This document shows positions 59,912-64,000 of a stretch of 64,000 bases of DNA, piece after piece. Made by a program: the position numbers and the translations under genes. Where the stretch lies: positions 119,735-183,734 of the forward strand of contig QPMI01000402.1 in NCBI GenBank assembly GCA_004431415.1, in the 5' to 3' direction. Source of the DNA: Cyanophora paradoxa CCMP329. Lineage: Eukaryota; Plantae; Glaucophyta. Position 1 is the first letter of the stretch, and the number at the start of each line of letters is the position of its first letter. Under the pieces are notes generated by a model. That model ran no database searches, was not told where the DNA came from, and worked only from the letters and a program-made list of their open reading frames with translations.

Positions 59912-60611
59912 ACGTCATGGCATGCATATGCATATGATGGCATGATCATGAGAACCCGTGAAGATTAAAGTTTCCGCACGTATACGTGCACGTAGATTCG
60001 GAAGTTCAGCTCTCATTGGCTTGTCCGGCGTGGCGGTCACAGTATCATGATCATAGCATATATATGCATTGTGTTTCTTTTTGATTTCATGAAACCCGAT
60101 GCCTTAGCTTGCTCCAGAATAACTTTTAGTAAATCGAATTGCTAGCTATATAGAGAGCTCACGAAAATGCGATAGATCTAGATGCGGCACATGGCCCAAC
60201 GTGCTTAAAACCAAACAACCTGCAGCAGCTGCTGCTAGGATCAGCGCTAGCGCACACTGATCATGAACTTGTGAACTTGAAAGAGCTTATAATTATATAT
60301 AATTAAAGAAATGATCTGCTGGCGACCTATAGCTACGTACACACAAAAGCCTACTGCTGGAACTGTGCATGCAAACAAGATTACAACAAGGGCGCGATGC
60401 AGCGGAAATATATACAGATAATGAATGGAAGCGAAAAGGAACGTGTAAAATACATGAGGCGGCGATACGGGTCCCTGCTCCGTGCAAACGAGACTGCGCT
60501 GTCCAACGGAAACAACTGCCCGTCTAAGCGGCGCCGCGGCGAGGAGGGCCCCCCCTTCGTGCAAACGAGACTGCGCTGTCTACCGAAAAGCACTACCCGA
60601 CCAAGTCACGC

Positions 60612-63600
60612 TCATTTGGGCTGGGGCGAGTCGGGCACGAAGTAGACGGAAAAGGCTACGGTCCCGGACCCGGATCCGGAGCTCGAGCCCGAGCCCGTGC
60701 CGGGCGCGGCGGGCGCGGGCAGGAGGAAGAAGGCGAAGCAGCGGCCAGCGACGGCCTCCGCGGCGCCCACGACCCCCCACTCCTGCCTCTCCCCCCCGTC
60801 GACGCCGCGCGGCTGGAAGAACGTGTCCTTCTGGGGGTACCGCAGCACCTGGCCATGGGGCGAACGAAGGTCAGCGGGACGGGGTAGAGGGGGGGAGGGG
60901 GGGGGAAGGCCGGGGCGTACCCAGTTGTGCCGGAGGAGGTGATCGATGAGGCCGCGCGCCTTGTGTTCCCCCGGCTGGTCCAGCGCGAAGGGGCAGGGCC
61001 GGTCCCGCAGCGGATCGATGACGGGCCTCTTGGTGGCGATGCAGCACTTCCAGTCGCGGGCCCTGGCGAGAGGCCTAGGCGTTAGGAGAAGGCGAGAGAG
61101 ATAGATAAAGTAAGGGGCGGACAGCTGGGAGCTGGGCGGGAAGGCGGCGGGCGCCGGCGCCGAGGAGGCGAAGATGCCGAAGTCGTTGAAGACGCCCTTC
61201 TTGTTGCCGTCGGAGAGCTCCAGCCGGAAGGGCGACGGCGGCAGGCGCTGGGCGGAGGCCGGGGCGGGGGCCGGGGCTGGAGCCGCTGGCGGGGTACGGG
61301 GCTGCTGCCTCTGCTGCTGCGGGGCGCTCGGGCGCGGCCGCTTCGCCGGCGGCTCCAGCGCGTCCTCGGGGCGGCTCCGGGCGACGGCGTTCACATCAAA
61401 GGATGCCCCTGGGCGCCCCTCATCAGCGCCCGTCGCAGGAAGCTGGGAGGGTGCGGGGCAGCCTGGCAGGGGCCGCACCTTTCTTGGTGGGGGTCGACTT
61501 GGGCGGCTGCGGGGCCGGAGCCGGGGCCGGGGAGCGGGCCGCCGGCGGGCGCGGGGCCGAGGAGGAGGACGGGGCGGGGGTATCCCCGGCGAGGCCGCCC
61601 CAGACTTGGGCGATGCGGCTCTCGCGCTCCTTCTGCGCCCGCGCGCGGGTCAGGGAAGCCGGCGGGCCGGACGCCGGGCCGAGGGGTACGCCGCTCGCCT
61701 GCTTCTGCTTGGCGGCGATGCTTGCCTCCATCGCGGTGATCCGCGCCAGGTTCTGGGGTACGCTCGGATCCGGCGCGGCGACGAGGGGGGTACGGAAAAG
61801 CGGACCTGGGCCTCGGGTCCGAGCCAGGCGTCGCCCTTGTCCCAAGGGTCCTCGGGCTCCTCGCAGGTGATCATACGGTCCGGAGCCATTGCGCACCACC
61901 TGCGGGGGGTACAGGTTAGGTGGAGGGGGGGCGGAGAAGGGGTACGGCGAGTGCGCACCAGGCCTCGTCCTTGCCGGGCGGCTCGTGGCCCGGGGGCAGC
62001 TTACGCCACTTGGAGCTGGGCGGCGGCGGGGTACAGGTCAGAGTAGCCTTCAAGGGGGTACACGCGCCGAGCAGAGCAGAGCGGCGCACCAGCCGATGCA
62101 CTGCACCCAGTTGAACTCCCCGTTGGGGTCCGCGGGGGGCCGGGGGGCCGCCTGCTGCGCGCGGCCGTCGCGCAGGAAGCTGGGGCCCCCCTTCTTGGCG
62201 AGCTCCGCCCAGAATTCCCGCCCCTGCTCCGCCAGAGCATCGTTGATCTTGACGCGCATTTTCCAGTCGAAGGCCTGGGGCGCTCCGTCAGATCACAGCC
62301 GGGAAAGGTTCGAATCGAACGCAGGACGGCACCTGCTTGGTGTTGATGACGTCGTTTTTGGAGCTGTTGGCGGCGTCGACGCGGAGCACGGCCGCGAGGC
62401 CCTGCTGCACGCTGCTCGCGAAGTGCTGCTCGCCGACTTGCACGAACGACTCGATCAGGCGGTCCTTGCTGCGAGCGCCGGCGCGTCAGAGCTTAGAAAG
62501 CTTCTGGTCTAGCGGGGCGGCTCACTAGTAGAGCAGGCCGCCCGGGAGGCGGTCGTTGAAGACGTATCGGCTGAAGCCGAGCGTGAGGCGCGCGTTGGCT
62601 TTGAGGACGGTCACCGGCAGCACGGGGCTGCGGTCCTCGAGGCCGAGAAAGGCCTCCGGGGCGATACGGTCCACGGGGCGGCCGTTGATCTCGAAGGCCG
62701 GCGCCGCGCCGCCGTCGAAGAGCAGAGCCGCGTAGGCCCGCACGCTGTAGTCCTGCGCCCCCTCGGGTCAGAGGCGCACGCGAGCGAGGCTTAGGGCGAT
62801 TGGCGCCGGCGCCGGCGCACCAGTTCGATCTGTTTGTTGGGGAGCACGGTCTTGGCGCGGCTGGCGAGGCGGAAAGGCCGGTCCTTCTCGTCCAGCACCT
62901 GGAGGTCGGCGCCGTCCGCGGAGAAGACGAGCCGCTGGTCCTCCTCGTTCTTCAGGCCGCACAGCACGACGCGCGTCCCGCTGGCACCAGAGCCCACGCT
63001 GCACGCGCCCACCGCCTCGAACTGCGCCTCCACCTCCGCCTCCGTCCCGAAGCCCGACTCGCGCAGGAACAGCGCCCGCTTCGGCGACGCCGCGTTGTCC
63101 CAGGGCGCTGCGCGGCGGGCGCTCACGCCGGGCGCGGGCAGGGCGGCACGCGGGGGGGCGGCGCGGAGCAGGCCCGAGACGCACCGACGATGAACTTCAG
63201 GCTGCCGCCGTCCGCGGCCGGGCCCTCCCGACCCACTGCGGGCGCGGCCCACGGGAAGAGCCCCACCGAGCGGCGCCCGTCCCGCGCCACTGTGAACACG
63301 GCGACGCGGTGCGCCACGCGCAGCACGCCGCTCTTGAAGCCGATGCCGTACTGCGAGGCAGAGCGGGCGGCCGTGAGCGGCGGCGAGGCGGGATCAAATC
63401 TGCGCATCAGCGGGAACGCACCCCGCCGACGTGGACGTCCGACTTGATCGACGATCCCATGTTGAAGCAGGTCTTCAGCTCCGCCTCCGTCATGCCGCTG
63501 CCGTCGTCCGTGATCGCAATGGCCTCCTCGTCTGCAGCGCGCGGCGAGGCGAATGCTCAGGCGTGGGACCAGGGAGCGCGGGCGGGCCACAAGACTGACC

Positions 63601-64000
63601 CGCAGACTCTTGCTCGCCTTCTTCGGCCTCGGCGCGGGCCCGGGGCACGGTGGCGCGCTCGATCTTGATGAGGGTCGCGAAGGCATCGCGGCTGTTGTCG
63701 AAGAACTCGGCCAGCGCTGCGGGGCGGGGACAGCAGTGAGCGAACTGCGCTCAAACAGAGATGGAAGGCACGCTCGCACCGCCCATCTTGCTGTCGCGGT
63801 GGTTCTGGCCCAGGGTGTGCACGAAGTTCTCCCCGACGCTCGCCGACTCTGGCTCAGGAGTCTGCGGACGCTCCTCCGGAGGCGCAAGCGAGTGCTCGTC
63901 CTCGAAATCGCCAGCGCCGGTCGCTTCGGACTGCCGGGACGCGCCTGTCTTCGTGTTCATGTCCACGTTCGCTTCGAGGGTTCCGGCTGCTGCGGGGCCG
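60612..64000 (-). CDS. MORC-family GHKL ATPase-CW protein, copy 2 (inverted relative to copy 1; 5' end beyond the window)
   Basis: Exons nearly identical to ~40945-43210 (ATPase, S5, CW), followed by a divergent linker and C-terminal domain. Confidence 0.9.

Noticed and set aside
40940-63930. Inverted MORC copies as TIRs of a giant transposon
   Set aside because: They are intron-containing host-type genes, no transposase lies between them, and no TSD or defined ends are visible within the window.

Overview
GC-rich, intron-dense eukaryotic genomic DNA. Short GT/GC-AG introns, a mitochondrial-type beta-carbonic anhydrase and a Phe-containing plastid-type presequence suggest an alga, possibly a glaucophyte such as Cyanophora (inference only). 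The main feature is a complete, AT-rich 12,280-bp endogenous Polinton-like/virophage-like DNA virus at 1684-13963. It has 5'-AG...CT-3' termini, a 6-bp target-site duplication (CACGCG) and 605-bp terminal inverted repeats built from 138-bp tandem units. It encodes an rve integrase, a ~1,390-aa putative OTU-protease/protein-primed PolB/SF1-helicase/HNH polyprotein, penton, double-jelly-roll major capsid protein, packaging ATPase and a RING protein. Four one-base (-1) frame breaks occur only in its enzyme genes, and several non-structural genes carry AAAATTGA giant-virus-type early promoter motifs. It sits in an intron of a host surface-protein gene. Host genes in the rest of the window: a second, paralogous surface protein, thioredoxin, beta-CA, ABC1K kinase, tandem MFAP1 copies separated by a Mug135-like gene, two inverted MORC-CW genes plus a third gene sharing their unrecognised, divergent C-terminal domain, a kinase, VMA12/TMEM199 with an upstream inverted copy, a J-domain-FN3 protein, an F-box/LRR protein and a small permuted-papain-like protein. 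All calls come from reading motifs by eye; no database search was run, and multi-exon boundaries are manual.
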